Source: Betaproteobacteria bacterium UBA5216 (GTDB taxonomy: Bacteria; Pseudomonadota; Gammaproteobacteria; Burkholderiales; SG8-41). Taken from it: a stretch of DNA of 64,000 bases. The position numbers and the translations under genes were made by a program. The stretch spans positions 14,126 through 78,125 of the forward strand of contig DHVE01000021.1 of assembly GCA_002412495.1 (NCBI GenBank), in the 5' to 3' direction. Below the pieces are notes generated by a model, which worked only from the letters and a program-made list of their open reading frames with translations, was not told the DNA's origin and made no database searches. How positions within the stretch are numbered: position 1 is the stretch's first letter; the number at the start of each line of letters is the position of its first letter. This document shows, piece by piece, positions 9,033-18,647 of this stretch.

Positions 9033-11357
9033 ATGACTTCCAAAAAACCGCAGGCGACGAATGATGCAACGGAATTGATGCCTATGTCTGTATGCCAACG
9101 TGACGCAGGTCACGGTCCGCTAATCTCTTATTCGCGCAAGGTCTTCATACCGCTCACACAACTGTGCCGTGACGTGTGCAGCTACTGCACCTTCGCGCAC
9201 GCTCCGCAGCCGGGTAAGCGCGCCTACCTCACGGCGGACGAAGTGTTGGCGATTGCCAAAGCCGGGCAAGCCGCGGGCTGCACCGAGGCTTTATTCACGC
9301 TGGGCGACAAACCCGAGTTGCGCTACAAGGCGGCGCGCGAAGAACTCGCGGCACTGGGTTACGCCACCACCATCGACTACCTGCACGCCATGTGCGCGGT
9401 GGTGTTGAAACAGACTACGTTGCTGCCGCATGTGAACCCCGGCGTGATGACGCGCGACGAGATGCTGCGGTTGCGTGAAGTCAGTGCCTCGCAAGGGCTG
9501 ATGCTGGAAAGCACATCCGAACGCCTGTGCGAAAAGGGCGGCCCGCATTTTGGTTCGCCGGATAAACACCCTGCGGCGCGGTTGGAAGTGCTGCGGCTGG
9601 CGGGTGAACTGAAAATTCCGTTCACCACGGGCATACTCATCGGCATCGGCGAAACGCGCGACGAGCGTATCGATGCGCTGAATGCAATTCGCGATCTGCA
9701 TCGGCAGTATGGCCACATTCAGGAAGTCATCATCCAGAATTTTCGTGCGAAGCCCGACACGCGCATGGCGGATGCGCCGCACGCGCCGCACGACGAACTG
9801 CTGTGGACGATTGCGACAGCGCGTTCGATCCTTGGTGCGGAGATGAATATCCAGGCGCCGCCGAATCTCAGTTTCGACGACGGCGGTGAGCATTGCGCCG
9901 AGCTGCTCGACGCGGGCATCAACGACTGGGGCGGCGTGTCGCCGGTGACGCCCGACCATGTGAACCCGGAAGCGCCGTGGCCCGCCGTGGAAAAGTTGCG
10001 CGAGATCACCGCGTCGCGCGGCAAGGTGCTGGTCGCGCGGCTGCCGAGTTATCCGGCGTATGTGCTGGATGCGGCGGCTTGGCATGATCCGAAGATGGCC
10101 ACGGCGGTGATACGCGCCAGCGATTCGCACGGGTTCGCGCGCGCGGATGGCTGGTCGCCGGGGTTGGTCTTGCCGCTGAATGCGCCAAAGCGCCATAATA
10201 AATTACCTTTAAAAACAAATACTTACGATACAATCAGTGAGGCCGGCATCGTAAGTATGTTCGCCGCCCGCGACGACGAATTCCACGACATCTGCGCCGC
10301 CGCCGACGACCTGCGCCGCCAAACCGTCGGCGACACCGTGCGCTACGTGGTGAACCGCAACATCAACTACACCAACATCTGCGCGTATCGCTGTTCGTTT
10401 TGTGCGTTCTCCAAGGGCACGCACAGCAAGTCGCTGCGCGGCGAGCCGTACGATTTGCCGCTGGCGGAAATCGAACGGCGCGTCAGTGAGGCGTGGTCGC
10501 GCGGCGCGACGGAAGTGTGCATGCAGGGCGGCATTCATCCGTCGTATACCGGTGACACGTACATCAACATCCTGCGCGCGGTGAAGCGCGCCGCCCCCGG
10601 CATTCATGTGCATGCGTTCACGCCGCTCGAAGTAACTCACGGCGCGCAGACGCTGGGCTTGTCGGTGCGTGAATTTTTGTCGCGCCTGATCGATGCGGGT
10701 TTGAACAGCCTGCCTGGTACGGCCGCTGAAATTCTCGATGATGAAGTACGGCAGGTGATTTGCCCGGATAAGGTCAACACTGATGAATGGCTGACCGTAA
10801 TGCAAACCGCGCACGAACTGGGCCTGCGTTCGACGGCCACCATCATGTTCGGCCATGTGGAGCAGCCAGTGCATTGGGCGCGTCACTTGCTTCGCATTCG
10901 CGCGTTGCAGGAGAAAACGGGCGGCTTTACGGAATTTATCCCGCTGCCGTTTGTGCACATGGGTGCGCCGGTGTATCAACAGGGCCGCGCGCGCCGCGGG
11001 CCAACGTCGCGCGAGGCGATCTTGATGCATGCCGTGGCGCGCCTGGTGCTGCATCCGGTGATCCAAAACATACAAGCGTCGTGGGTGAAATTGGGCGAGG
11101 ACGGTGTGGCGGCGTGCCTCGCGGCGGGAGTCAACGATCTCGGCGGCACGCTGATGAACGAAAGCATTTCACGTGCGGCGGGCACGCAGCACGGGCAGGA
11201 GATGGAACCCGCGCGCATGGAAGCGATGATTCGCGCGGCGGGGCGGTTGCCGCAGCAGCGCACCACGCTGTATGCCAACGCGGCGACGGAGCGTCACGAT
11301 ACGGCGCGGATGGCGGCGCCGTTGACGCCGCCGATATTTCAAAAGGTAGCGGCATGA
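9033..11357 (+). CDS. fbiC: Bifunctional FO synthase (CofG-CofH fusion)
   Basis: Two radical-SAM CxxxCxxC motifs (CRDVCSYC, CAYRCSFC); SYSRKVFIPLT, GINDWGGVSP, VVNRNINYTN, GGTLMNESISRAAG. Confidence 0.96.
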   Translation: MTSKKPQATNDATELMPMSVCQRDAGHGPLISYSRKVFIPLTQLCRDVCSYCTFAHAPQPGKRAYLTADEVLAIAKAGQAAGCTEALFTLGDKPELRYKAAREELAALGYATTIDYLHAMCAVVLKQTTLLPHVNPGVMTRDEMLRLREVSASQGLMLESTSERLCEKGGPHFGSPDKHPAARLEVLRLAGELKIPFTTGILIGIGETRDERIDALNAIRDLHRQYGHIQEVIIQNFRAKPDTRMADAPHAPHDELLWTIATARSILGAEMNIQAPPNLSFDDGGEHCAELLDAGINDWGGVSPVTPDHVNPEAPWPAVEKLREITASRGKVLVARLPSYPAYVLDAAAWHDPKMATAVIRASDSHGFARADGWSPGLVLPLNAPKRHNKLPLKTNTYDTISEAGIVSMFAARDDEFHDICAAADDLRRQTVGDTVRYVVNRNINYTNICAYRCSFCAFSKGTHSKSLRGEPYDLPLAEIERRVSEAWSRGATEVCMQGGIHPSYTGDTYINILRAVKRAAPGIHVHAFTPLEVTHGAQTLGLSVREFLSRLIDAGLNSLPGTAAEILDDEVRQVICPDKVNTDEWLTVMQTAHELGLRSTATIMFGHVEQPVHWARHLLRIRALQEKTGGFTEFIPLPFVHMGAPVYQQGRARRGPTSREAILMHAVARLVLHPVIQNIQASWVKLGEDGVAACLAAGVNDLGGTLMNESISRAAGTQHGQEMEPARMEAMIRAAGRLPQQRTTLYANAATERHDTARMAAPLTPPIFQKVAA

Positions 11358-12049
11358 AAATAGGCATATTGGGTGGTACCGGCAAGGAAGGCAGTGGGCT
11401 GGCGTATCGTTGGGCGCTCACCGGGCACGAGGTCGTAATCGGTTCGCGCGATGCGGCCAAGGCTGCGGCTGGCGCGGCGGAACTGAATCAACTGCTCGGC
11501 GGCAAGGCGGTGGTGCGCGGCGCCGGCAATAGTGAAACCGCGCAGGCATCGGATGTGGTGGTGCTCGCGGTGCCGTACGCGGCGCAATGGCCCACGGCGG
11601 AAAGCGTGGCCGCGCACCTTGCGGGGAAAATTCTGATCGATGTCACCGTGCCGCTCGCGCCGCCCAAGGTGGATCGCGTGCAGTTGCCCAGTGGTGAATC
11701 GGCGGTGGTGGTTCTGCAACGCAAGCTTGGCGCGGGCGTGAAAGTGGTCTCGGCGTTCCAGAATGTTTCCGCCGTGCATCTGAAAGACGCGGCGCATGAA
11801 GTGGATTGCGATGTGCTGGTGTGCGGCGATGACGCGGACGCGCGTGAAGTGGTGATTGGGCTTGCGCACGACGCGGGCCTGCGCGCGTGGCACGCGGGCG
11901 TGCTGGCGAATTCGGTCGCGTCCGAGGCGCTGACCTCGGTGTTGATCGCGATCAACAAGCGGTACAAGGTGGCGGGGTCGGGCCTTCGTATTACTGGGGT
12001 TACCGGGATTACGAACATGCCGGACGTGTCGGACGTACGCAAGGGGTGA
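11354..12049 (+). CDS. npdG: NADPH-dependent F420 reductase (Fno/NpdG)
   Basis: ATG overlaps fbiC stop (ATGA); MKIGILGGTGKEGSGLA.R, IGSR, AVPY, SAFQNVSA, INKRYK. Confidence 0.92.
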   Translation: MKIGILGGTGKEGSGLAYRWALTGHEVVIGSRDAAKAAAGAAELNQLLGGKAVVRGAGNSETAQASDVVVLAVPYAAQWPTAESVAAHLAGKILIDVTVPLAPPKVDRVQLPSGESAVVVLQRKLGAGVKVVSAFQNVSAVHLKDAAHEVDCDVLVCGDDADAREVVIGLAHDAGLRAWHAGVLANSVASEALTSVLIAINKRYKVAGSGLRITGVTGITNMPDVSDVRKG

Positions 12050-12090
12050 TGGTGGTGCGATTCTCCTTTCGCGCATGGCCAACCCCGAAT

Positions 12091-12200
12091 GTTCCCTCCC
12101 CTTCAGGGGGATGGTTAGGTTGGGGGTGGGGTAATGCGCTGGTGATCGAACACGACAGACCCCACCCCCATCCCAGCCTTCCCCCTGAAGGGGAAGGAGC
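12091..12200. repeat. REP/REPIN-like doublet inside F420 cluster
   Basis: ccctccccttcagggggatgg...ccttccccctgaaggggaagg; same family and layout as 1313-1418. Confidence 0.8.
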
Positions 12201-12231
12201 AACCACGCGCGCGTGACAGGAATCGCTCATC

Positions 12232-12990
12232 GTGCGAGAACTGCGGCTGGTGGCTTTACCCGGCATACCCGAAGTGACGCCAGGCGCGTCGCTGGTTAAT
12301 TTGTTGCTGGCAGCGCTAACGAGCGCAAACCAGACACTGCAAGCCGGCGACATCCTCGTCCTGGCACAAAAAATCGTTTCAAAGGCCGAAGGCCGTGCCG
12401 TTGCGCTCGCGAGTGTTACGCCATCCCCACGCGCGCACCAAATCGCAGCCGAAGCCAACAAAGACCCGCGCCTCGTCGAACTGATGCTGCGCGAATCGCA
12501 CGCGGTGCTGCGCGTGAAGCCGGGCATCATCATCACCGAGCACAGGCTGGGTTTTGTGATGGCCAACGCCGGCATCGATCAATCGAATGTGCCGGGCGGT
12601 GACGACACCGCGCTGTTGCTGCCGCAAGATCCGGATGCTTCCGCGCGCGCATTGCGTGGCGAGTTGGGCAACAAAACGGATGTAGACATCGGCGTGCTCA
12701 TCATCGACAGTTTCGGCCGTGCGTGGCGCCACGGCGTTACCGGCATTGCCATCGGCGTGGCGGGCTTGCCGGCGCTGGTGGATTTGCGCGGCGGCAAAGA
12801 CCGCGAAGGGCGCGTGCTGAAAGTGACGCAGGTGGCGGCGGCGGATGAACTCGCTGCCGCGGCATCGCTGGTCATGGGGCAGGCTGATGATGGAGTGCCC
12901 GCCGTACTCGTGCGCGGCTTTCACTATGCGCGACGCGAGAGTTCGGTGCAGGAATTGATACGCCCCGAGGTGGAGGATTTGTTCCGATGA
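12232..12990 (+). CDS. cofE: Coenzyme F420-0:gamma-glutamyl ligase (stand-alone, no nitroreductase domain)
   Basis: AQKIVSKAEGR, ANAGIDQSN, DPDASA, DSFGRAWR, ADELAAAA, DLFR end; 252 aa. Confidence 0.95.
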   Translation: MRELRLVALPGIPEVTPGASLVNLLLAALTSANQTLQAGDILVLAQKIVSKAEGRAVALASVTPSPRAHQIAAEANKDPRLVELMLRESHAVLRVKPGIIITEHRLGFVMANAGIDQSNVPGGDDTALLLPQDPDASARALRGELGNKTDVDIGVLIIDSFGRAWRHGVTGIAIGVAGLPALVDLRGGKDREGRVLKVTQVAAADELAAAASLVMGQADDGVPAVLVRGFHYARRESSVQELIRPEVEDLFR

Positions 12991-13940
12991 TTGTCGCACT
13001 CGCAGGGGGCGTGGGTGGCGCGCGGCTTGCCGTGGGGTTGGCCGATGCGCTGCCGCCGCGCGAGTTGGCGATCGTGGTGAATACCGGCGATGACTTTGAT
13101 CATCTGGGTTTCAGAATCTGCCCGGATCTCGATACCGTGATGTACACGCTGGCCGGCGAGAACAATCCCGTGTTGGGCTGGGGCCGCGCGGGCGAGACTT
13201 GGCATTTCATGAACGAACTAAAACGCCTCGGCGGCGAAGACTGGTTTCAACTGGGCGACCGCGATCTGGCGGTGCATGTGTTACGCCGCGAAGCATTGCG
13301 CTGCGGCGTGTTGCTGTCGCGGGTGACGCATGACCTGGCCGCGCGCTTCGGCGTGAAACACGCGCTGATGCCGATGAGCGAAACGCCGGTACGCACCATT
13401 GTCAAAACAAAATCCGGCGAACTGGATTTTCAGGATTACTTTGTGCGCCTGCGCTGCAAACCGCGTGTGACGGGTTTTCGTTTTGCGGGTGTGCGCGCGG
13501 CGCGTGTGCCCGATGCGCTGGCCCGCGTGATGCGCGGACGGGTGGATGCGGTGGTGATTTGTCCGTCGAATCCGTTCGTCAGCGTCGCGCCGATTGTTAG
13601 TGTGCCCGCGATTAAACGCTGGCTGGCATCGCGCACGTTTCCGGTGGTGGCGGTGTCGCCCATCATCGGCGGCGCGGCGGTCAAAGGCCCGGCCGCTAAA
13701 ATGATGCGCGAGCTGGGCGTGAAACCCACCGTGCTGGAAATTGCGCGACACTATGAGCGAAACTGCGGCAACGTCGTCGATCACTGGGTGATCGACAAGC
13801 AGGATGCCAAACTGGCGGGTGCGATCGAGCGTTTGGGCAAGCGCGTGCTGGTGACGGATACGATGATGACCAGCCGCCGCAAGAGTGCCGCCCTCGCACG
13901 GCGCGTGCTGGGTTTTGTGCAAGAACGAAATAATGTTTAA
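12987..13940 (+). CDS. cofD: 2-phospho-L-lactate/PEP transferase
   Basis: LAGGVGGA, NTGDDF, CPDLDTVMY, WFQLGDRDLA, FQDYFV, PSNPFVS, VKGPA. Confidence 0.96.
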   Translation: MIVALAGGVGGARLAVGLADALPPRELAIVVNTGDDFDHLGFRICPDLDTVMYTLAGENNPVLGWGRAGETWHFMNELKRLGGEDWFQLGDRDLAVHVLRREALRCGVLLSRVTHDLAARFGVKHALMPMSETPVRTIVKTKSGELDFQDYFVRLRCKPRVTGFRFAGVRAARVPDALARVMRGRVDAVVICPSNPFVSVAPIVSVPAIKRWLASRTFPVVAVSPIIGGAAVKGPAAKMMRELGVKPTVLEIARHYERNCGNVVDHWVIDKQDAKLAGAIERLGKRVLVTDTMMTSRRKSAALARRVLGFVQERNNV

Positions 13941-14622
13941 AAACAATAAGTTATATGTCATTGTGCCGCATCGCGGCGTGAACGCGGGCAAGTCGCGCTT
14001 GTCGTCGTTGCTCGGTGACGTCGCGCGCGGCAAGTTGAATCGCTGGCTGTTGGCGCGCACCCTGAATGTGGTCACGCAGTGGCTGGGCGATATTCAACAC
14101 TGCCTGGTGGTGAGCCCGTGCGAAGTGACGCTTGCACTGGCGCGCCGCGCCGGTGCGCTGGCCTTGCCGGAGCAGGCATCCACCACCGGATTGAACGACG
14201 CGCTGGCGCAAGCCGCCGCGCACGCGGCTGCGCTGGACGCGCAACGGTTGCTGATCCTGCCGTGTGATTTGCCGTGCCTGGAAGTAGCCGCCTTGCAGGC
14301 CATGGAAGCCATCCCCATCGCGGGCGGCGACGTGGTGATCGCGCCGGACTGGCATCACACGGGAACCAATGCGTTGCTGGTGGATGCAAGCGTGCGTGAG
14401 TTTGCGTTTGGCGCGGGCAGTTACGCAAAACATCTCGCACAGGGCAACACGCGCGGCGCGCGCACGGTGGCGTGTGTGCATGAGGCGCTGGCGTTCGATC
14501 TGGATACGGCGGATGATTTCGAGACGTGGTGTCTCAGTGATGATGCGCCGCGCGAGTTTCTTGCGGCCCTGCCGCGCGCTGTATCACGCAGCGCGGCGGC
14601 TGTGACCTCGCGCACAAAGTAA
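13933..14622 (+). CDS. cofC: 2-phospho-L-lactate/PEP guanylyltransferase
   Basis: GKSRLS, GLNDAL, PCDLP, GTNAL, FGAGSY..H, DLDT.DD; ATG at 13933 overlaps cofD end. Confidence 0.9.
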   Translation: MFKNNKLYVIVPHRGVNAGKSRLSSLLGDVARGKLNRWLLARTLNVVTQWLGDIQHCLVVSPCEVTLALARRAGALALPEQASTTGLNDALAQAAAHAAALDAQRLLILPCDLPCLEVAALQAMEAIPIAGGDVVIAPDWHHTGTNALLVDASVREFAFGAGSYAKHLAQGNTRGARTVACVHEALAFDLDTADDFETWCLSDDAPREFLAALPRAVSRSAAAVTSRTK

Positions 14623-14650
14623 CGCCCCAAGTAACCCACCAAGGATAAGC

Positions 14651-15619
14651 ATGTATCGTTTTTCAGTCACAAGTCTGGTGGTCAGTACGCTGGTTGCGAC
14701 TGCGGCCATGGCGCAAACCACGAACTATCCGAACCGCCCGATCCGCATGATTGCGCCATCCTCCGCGGGCGGGCCGGTGGATGTGATTGCGCGCGCGATC
14801 AGCATCAGCTTAAGCGACGCGCTCGGTCAGCAGATCGTGGTGGACAATCGCGCGGGCGCCGCGGGATTGATCGGCGCGGAGATCGTGGCGAAATCTGCGC
14901 CCGATGGGTATACGCTCTTGATGGGTTTCTCCGGCCCGCTGGCGATCGTGCCGCATCTGGTCAAACAAGTGCCGTACGACACCAACAAGGATTTCACGCC
15001 GATCACGCTGGCGGCTTCCGCGCCGTACGTACTGCTGGTGCATCCGAGCCTGCCGGTGAAATCGGTGAAAGAGCTGATCGATCTGGCGAAGTCGCAACCG
15101 GGCAAATTGAATTTTGCTTCGGGCGGCACCGGCGTCGGCATCCACATGGCCGGCGAGTTATTTAACGTGGCGGCGGGGGTCAAAATCACGCATGTGCCCT
15201 ACAAAGGCGCGGGGCCGGGCATGACAGCGCTGCTTGCGGGCGAAGTGAACATGATGTTCAACGGCCTGTCGGCGGCGTTGCCGCAGGTGAAAGCGGGCCG
15301 GTTGCGCGCGCTGGCGGTGGGCGGCGATAAGCGCTCCGCACTGCTGCCCGAGTTGCCAACAGTGGCGGAAAGCGGCTTGCAGTTCAATACGTCAGGCTGG
15401 TACGGCCTGCTGGGTCCGGCGGGCCTGCCGCGCGCGCTGGTGAATAAATTGCGCGGCGACACCCTGCGCGCGCTCGCAGCAGCAGAAACCAAGGAACGCA
15501 TGACCGCGCTCGCCGTGGAAACCATAGGCTCGACCCCCGAAGCGTTTGCCGATTTGCTGAAACAGGAATACGCGCAGTGGGGCCGCGTGGTGAAAGCGGC
15601 GGGGATTAAACAACAGTAA
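14651..15619 (+). CDS. TctC/Bug substrate-binding protein
   Basis: YPNRPIRMI, VDNRAGAAG, HVPYKGAGP. Confidence 0.93.
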   Translation: MYRFSVTSLVVSTLVATAAMAQTTNYPNRPIRMIAPSSAGGPVDVIARAISISLSDALGQQIVVDNRAGAAGLIGAEIVAKSAPDGYTLLMGFSGPLAIVPHLVKQVPYDTNKDFTPITLAASAPYVLLVHPSLPVKSVKELIDLAKSQPGKLNFASGGTGVGIHMAGELFNVAAGVKITHVPYKGAGPGMTALLAGEVNMMFNGLSAALPQVKAGRLRALAVGGDKRSALLPELPTVAESGLQFNTSGWYGLLGPAGLPRALVNKLRGDTLRALAAAETKERMTALAVETIGSTPEAFADLLKQEYAQWGRVVKAAGIKQQ

Positions 15620-15630
15620 ACAACAGCAGG

Positions 15631-15713
15631 TCAAAATCCTCGACACAGATTTCGCAGATTAAAACCATGTGGTTAATCTGCGTAAATCTGCGAAATCTGC
15701 GTCAAAGGTTTTG
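15631..15713. repeat. Imperfect inverted repeat built from GCAGATT/AATCTGCG units
   Basis: tcaaaatcctcgacacagatttcgcagatt ... aatctgcgtaaatctgcgaaatctgcgtcaaaggttttga. Confidence 0.75.
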
Positions 15714-15730
15714 ATTTTTCAGGGATCGTT

Positions 15731-16429
15731 ATGAAAACGAAAAATATCCAAGTGCCACTACGCGACGGCGTGATGGGCGCTTACCTTGCCGTGCCCGATG
15801 GCCCGCCCAAGGGTGGCATCGTCGCCATCATGGAAATCTGGGGTGTGAACGACACCATGCGCAAACACGCGCAGGAGTTTGCCGAGGCCGGCTTTGTGTG
15901 TCTGGTGCCGGATTTATTCTGGCGGCAGGAGCCGGGCGTGGAATTGTCAGACCGCAATCCCGAGGACGGCAAGAAGGCGTTCGATCTGTATTACGAATTC
16001 GACTACGACCTCGGCGTGCGTGACATGGAAGACACCGTGAAATATCTCGCGGGTTTGCCGGAATGCAACGGCAAGGCGGGCGCCGTGGGTTATTGCCTTG
16101 GCGGCAAGCTGTGTTATCTATTGTGCTGCCGCACCGACATCGCATGCGCGGTGGCGTATTACGGCACTTACATTGAACACAATATCCGCGAAGCGAAAAA
16201 CCTGCATCGGCCGTTCATGCTGCACATGGCGATGAAGGATCGCTGGGTGCAGGCGGAAGTCAATGAGTTGCTGGAGCGGCGGCTGTCGCCCAACCCGCTG
16301 GTGACCATCCACAAATATCCCGATGCCGATCACGCTTTTGCGCGCCATGGCGGCAAGCCGTTTCGCAAGGACGACGCGGATCGCGCGCTGGCACTGACGG
16401 TGGATTTTTTTAACAAGCATCTTGTTTAA
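15731..16429 (+). CDS. Dienelactone hydrolase family protein
   Basis: EIWGVN, PDLFWR, nucleophile elbow GYCLGG, C-terminal HAF. Confidence 0.92.
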   Translation: MKTKNIQVPLRDGVMGAYLAVPDGPPKGGIVAIMEIWGVNDTMRKHAQEFAEAGFVCLVPDLFWRQEPGVELSDRNPEDGKKAFDLYYEFDYDLGVRDMEDTVKYLAGLPECNGKAGAVGYCLGGKLCYLLCCRTDIACAVAYYGTYIEHNIREAKNLHRPFMLHMAMKDRWVQAEVNELLERRLSPNPLVTIHKYPDADHAFARHGGKPFRKDDADRALALTVDFFNKHLV

Positions 16430-16447
16430 CGCAAAAGGCAGACGCAA

Positions 16448-17503
16448 ATGAGCCGCATCAAGGCAGGAATTCTTCTCAGCAATCAGCAGTTCGAAGGCGC
16501 GGACATGGTGAGCGCCCTTGAAGAGCAGATCGTCATGTTGCGGCTGTTGCGCGACCGCGGGTGGGATTCCTACTTCGCCAGTCAGCATTATCTGAACGAG
16601 GGCGGCAATCAGGGACTGCAGATGGTCCCCTTTCTCGCCCGTCTCGCAGCCGAGGCGGGAGACATGACGATGGGGCTCGGGTTGCTGCTCGCGCCGCTGC
16701 ACAATCCTGTCTACACGGCGGAGACTATTGCCACGCTGGACGTAATTTCGCGGGGCAACCTGATTTTTGGCGTGGGGCTGGGCTATCGCACATCGGAGTT
16801 CGAGGCCTTCGGCGTGCGCAAAGGTCAGCGCGTGCAACGTTTCGAGGAATGTCTCACGATCGCCAAGCGGCTGTGGATCGAGGACAAGGTGAGCTATGAA
16901 AGCGACACCTGCAGTTTGAAGGATGCGCATCTGTCGCTGAAGTGCGTGCAGAAGCCGCACCCGCCCATCTGGTTCGCCGCCAAACACCCCAACGCCATAC
17001 GCCGCGCCGCCCAACTGGGAGACTGTCTCTACCACAGCCCCAAGGCCACGCTTGCCACCCACAAAGAGCGGCTGGCGATCTACAAGGACGAACTGCAAAA
17101 GTTGGGCAAGCCGCTGCCGCGCGAAAACCCGTGCCGCATCGAGATCTATTGCGCCAAGGACCGTGCCACTGCGATGGCCTTGGCGGGGCCGTATATCACC
17201 GAGAAGTACAAGGCCTACGCCCAGTGGGAGAGTGACAAGGCCATGCCTGAACATGAGCGCATCAACAAATCCTTTGAGGATCTCGTGCAGGACCGGTTCG
17301 TGATCGGTTCGCCGGACGACTGCTGGAATCAGCTTCAACCCTACATCAAGGAACTGGGCGTGACACACTTTGTTTTCCGCACCAACTTCCTCGGTATGCC
17401 GCTCTCCAATGCGTTGGCGAGCATGCGGCTGATGTCGGAGGAGTTGCTGCCGGCGCTGCACAAGGCTACGCCGACGCCACTGCATCAGATCTCGGCTGTC
17501 TGA
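16448..17503 (+). CDS. LLM-class oxidoreductase
   Basis: SQHY, APLHNPV..AE.IATLDVISRG..IFGVGLGYR, QKPHPPIW. Confidence 0.9.
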   Translation: MSRIKAGILLSNQQFEGADMVSALEEQIVMLRLLRDRGWDSYFASQHYLNEGGNQGLQMVPFLARLAAEAGDMTMGLGLLLAPLHNPVYTAETIATLDVISRGNLIFGVGLGYRTSEFEAFGVRKGQRVQRFEECLTIAKRLWIEDKVSYESDTCSLKDAHLSLKCVQKPHPPIWFAAKHPNAIRRAAQLGDCLYHSPKATLATHKERLAIYKDELQKLGKPLPRENPCRIEIYCAKDRATAMALAGPYITEKYKAYAQWESDKAMPEHERINKSFEDLVQDRFVIGSPDDCWNQLQPYIKELGVTHFVFRTNFLGMPLSNALASMRLMSEELLPALHKATPTPLHQISAV

Positions 17504-17537
17504 CCGTCATTGAGTGTAGTAACAAGGAGAAAGCAGC

Positions 17538-18605
17538 ATGGAATTCGGACTGACCTGGGCGAAGCTCGACGAAATGGAGTACGTCACCGAGGCCGAGAAG
17601 CTCGGCTTCACGCACCTGTGGACCACCGACAGTGGCTTAATTCGTTCCGACGCGTTTGTGTTTTTGACGGTTGCCGCGCAACAAACCAAGACCATGAAAA
17701 TCGGTATGGGTGTCGCGGTGCCAGGCCTCCGCCTCGCGCCCACGCTGGCCGCGGGCATGGCCACGCTCAACATGGTGGCGCCGGGCCGCTGCTTTGTGGC
17801 CTTGGGTACCGGCAACACCGGCATGCGCCTGTTGGGCCGCAAGCCCATGGGCCTGAAAAACTTCGCGGCCTATGCGCGTACCGTGCGTAATTTGCTGGAC
17901 GGCAAGGACGCGGAGTACGAGCACAACGGCGAGAAACACACCATCCGTTTCATGCTGACCGACAAAGGTTATCGCAATCTGCGCGATCCGATCCCGATGT
18001 ACCTTGCGGGTTACGGCCCCAAGGCGCAGGCGCTGGCCGGGGAAATCGCCGATGGCCTGACCACCAATGTGCCGCGCGGCGGCACGCTCGACCAGATACT
18101 CGTCAATGTCAGGCAGGGGGCGGCGAAAGCGGGCCGCTCACTGGGCAAATTTGAAAAATTTCACCTATCGGTGCGCGTGAACTTCGCCGTGCTGGAGCCC
18201 GGCGAGCCGGTCGATTCCGAGCGCATCGTCAACGAATTCGGCCCCGCCATTACCACCTCGATGCACTCCACCATGGACCGGCACCTCGAATTCGGCGAAG
18301 ACCCGCCCGAGTTCCTGCGGCCCATCTGGAAGGACTATGTGGCATTCCATATGGCGCGGCCCGCCGCCGAACGCCAGAAGATGATGCATGAGAGCCACAA
18401 CGTTTACGTGGCGCCGGACGAGCGGCGCTTTGTCACGCCCGAAGTCATCAAGCGTTTTTGTATTGTCGGCCAGCCCGTCGAAGTGCTGGAGCAGGTGCGC
18501 GAGCTGGAGCGCCAAGGCGTGCGTCAGTTGATGTGCAACTTTCCGCTGGCGCGTGGCTATCAGATGGTGCGCGATTACGCTAAGAATATTATTCAGAAGC
18601 TGTAG
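17538..18605 (+). CDS. LLM-class oxidoreductase, Mer-like (possibly F420-dependent)
   Basis: AEKLGF..LW..DS, D.FV.L..AA..T..MKIG.GV..P, GR..VALGTG, YLAGYGPK...LAGEIADG. Confidence 0.88.
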   Translation: MEFGLTWAKLDEMEYVTEAEKLGFTHLWTTDSGLIRSDAFVFLTVAAQQTKTMKIGMGVAVPGLRLAPTLAAGMATLNMVAPGRCFVALGTGNTGMRLLGRKPMGLKNFAAYARTVRNLLDGKDAEYEHNGEKHTIRFMLTDKGYRNLRDPIPMYLAGYGPKAQALAGEIADGLTTNVPRGGTLDQILVNVRQGAAKAGRSLGKFEKFHLSVRVNFAVLEPGEPVDSERIVNEFGPAITTSMHSTMDRHLEFGEDPPEFLRPIWKDYVAFHMARPAAERQKMMHESHNVYVAPDERRFVTPEVIKRFCIVGQPVEVLEQVRELERQGVRQLMCNFPLARGYQMVRDYAKNIIQKL

Positions 18606-18647
18606 GCGAGCGGATAAAACGCATCGATTAACCCACGGAGTATTGGC

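Noticed and set aside
10787-11353. N-terminal extension making NpdG 420 aa
   Set aside because: Overlaps fbiC; the Rossmann motif begins at ATG 11354
16118-17485. 455-aa antisense ORF and many similar long shadow ORFs
   Set aside because: Mirror frames of GC-rich genes with no recognisable motifs
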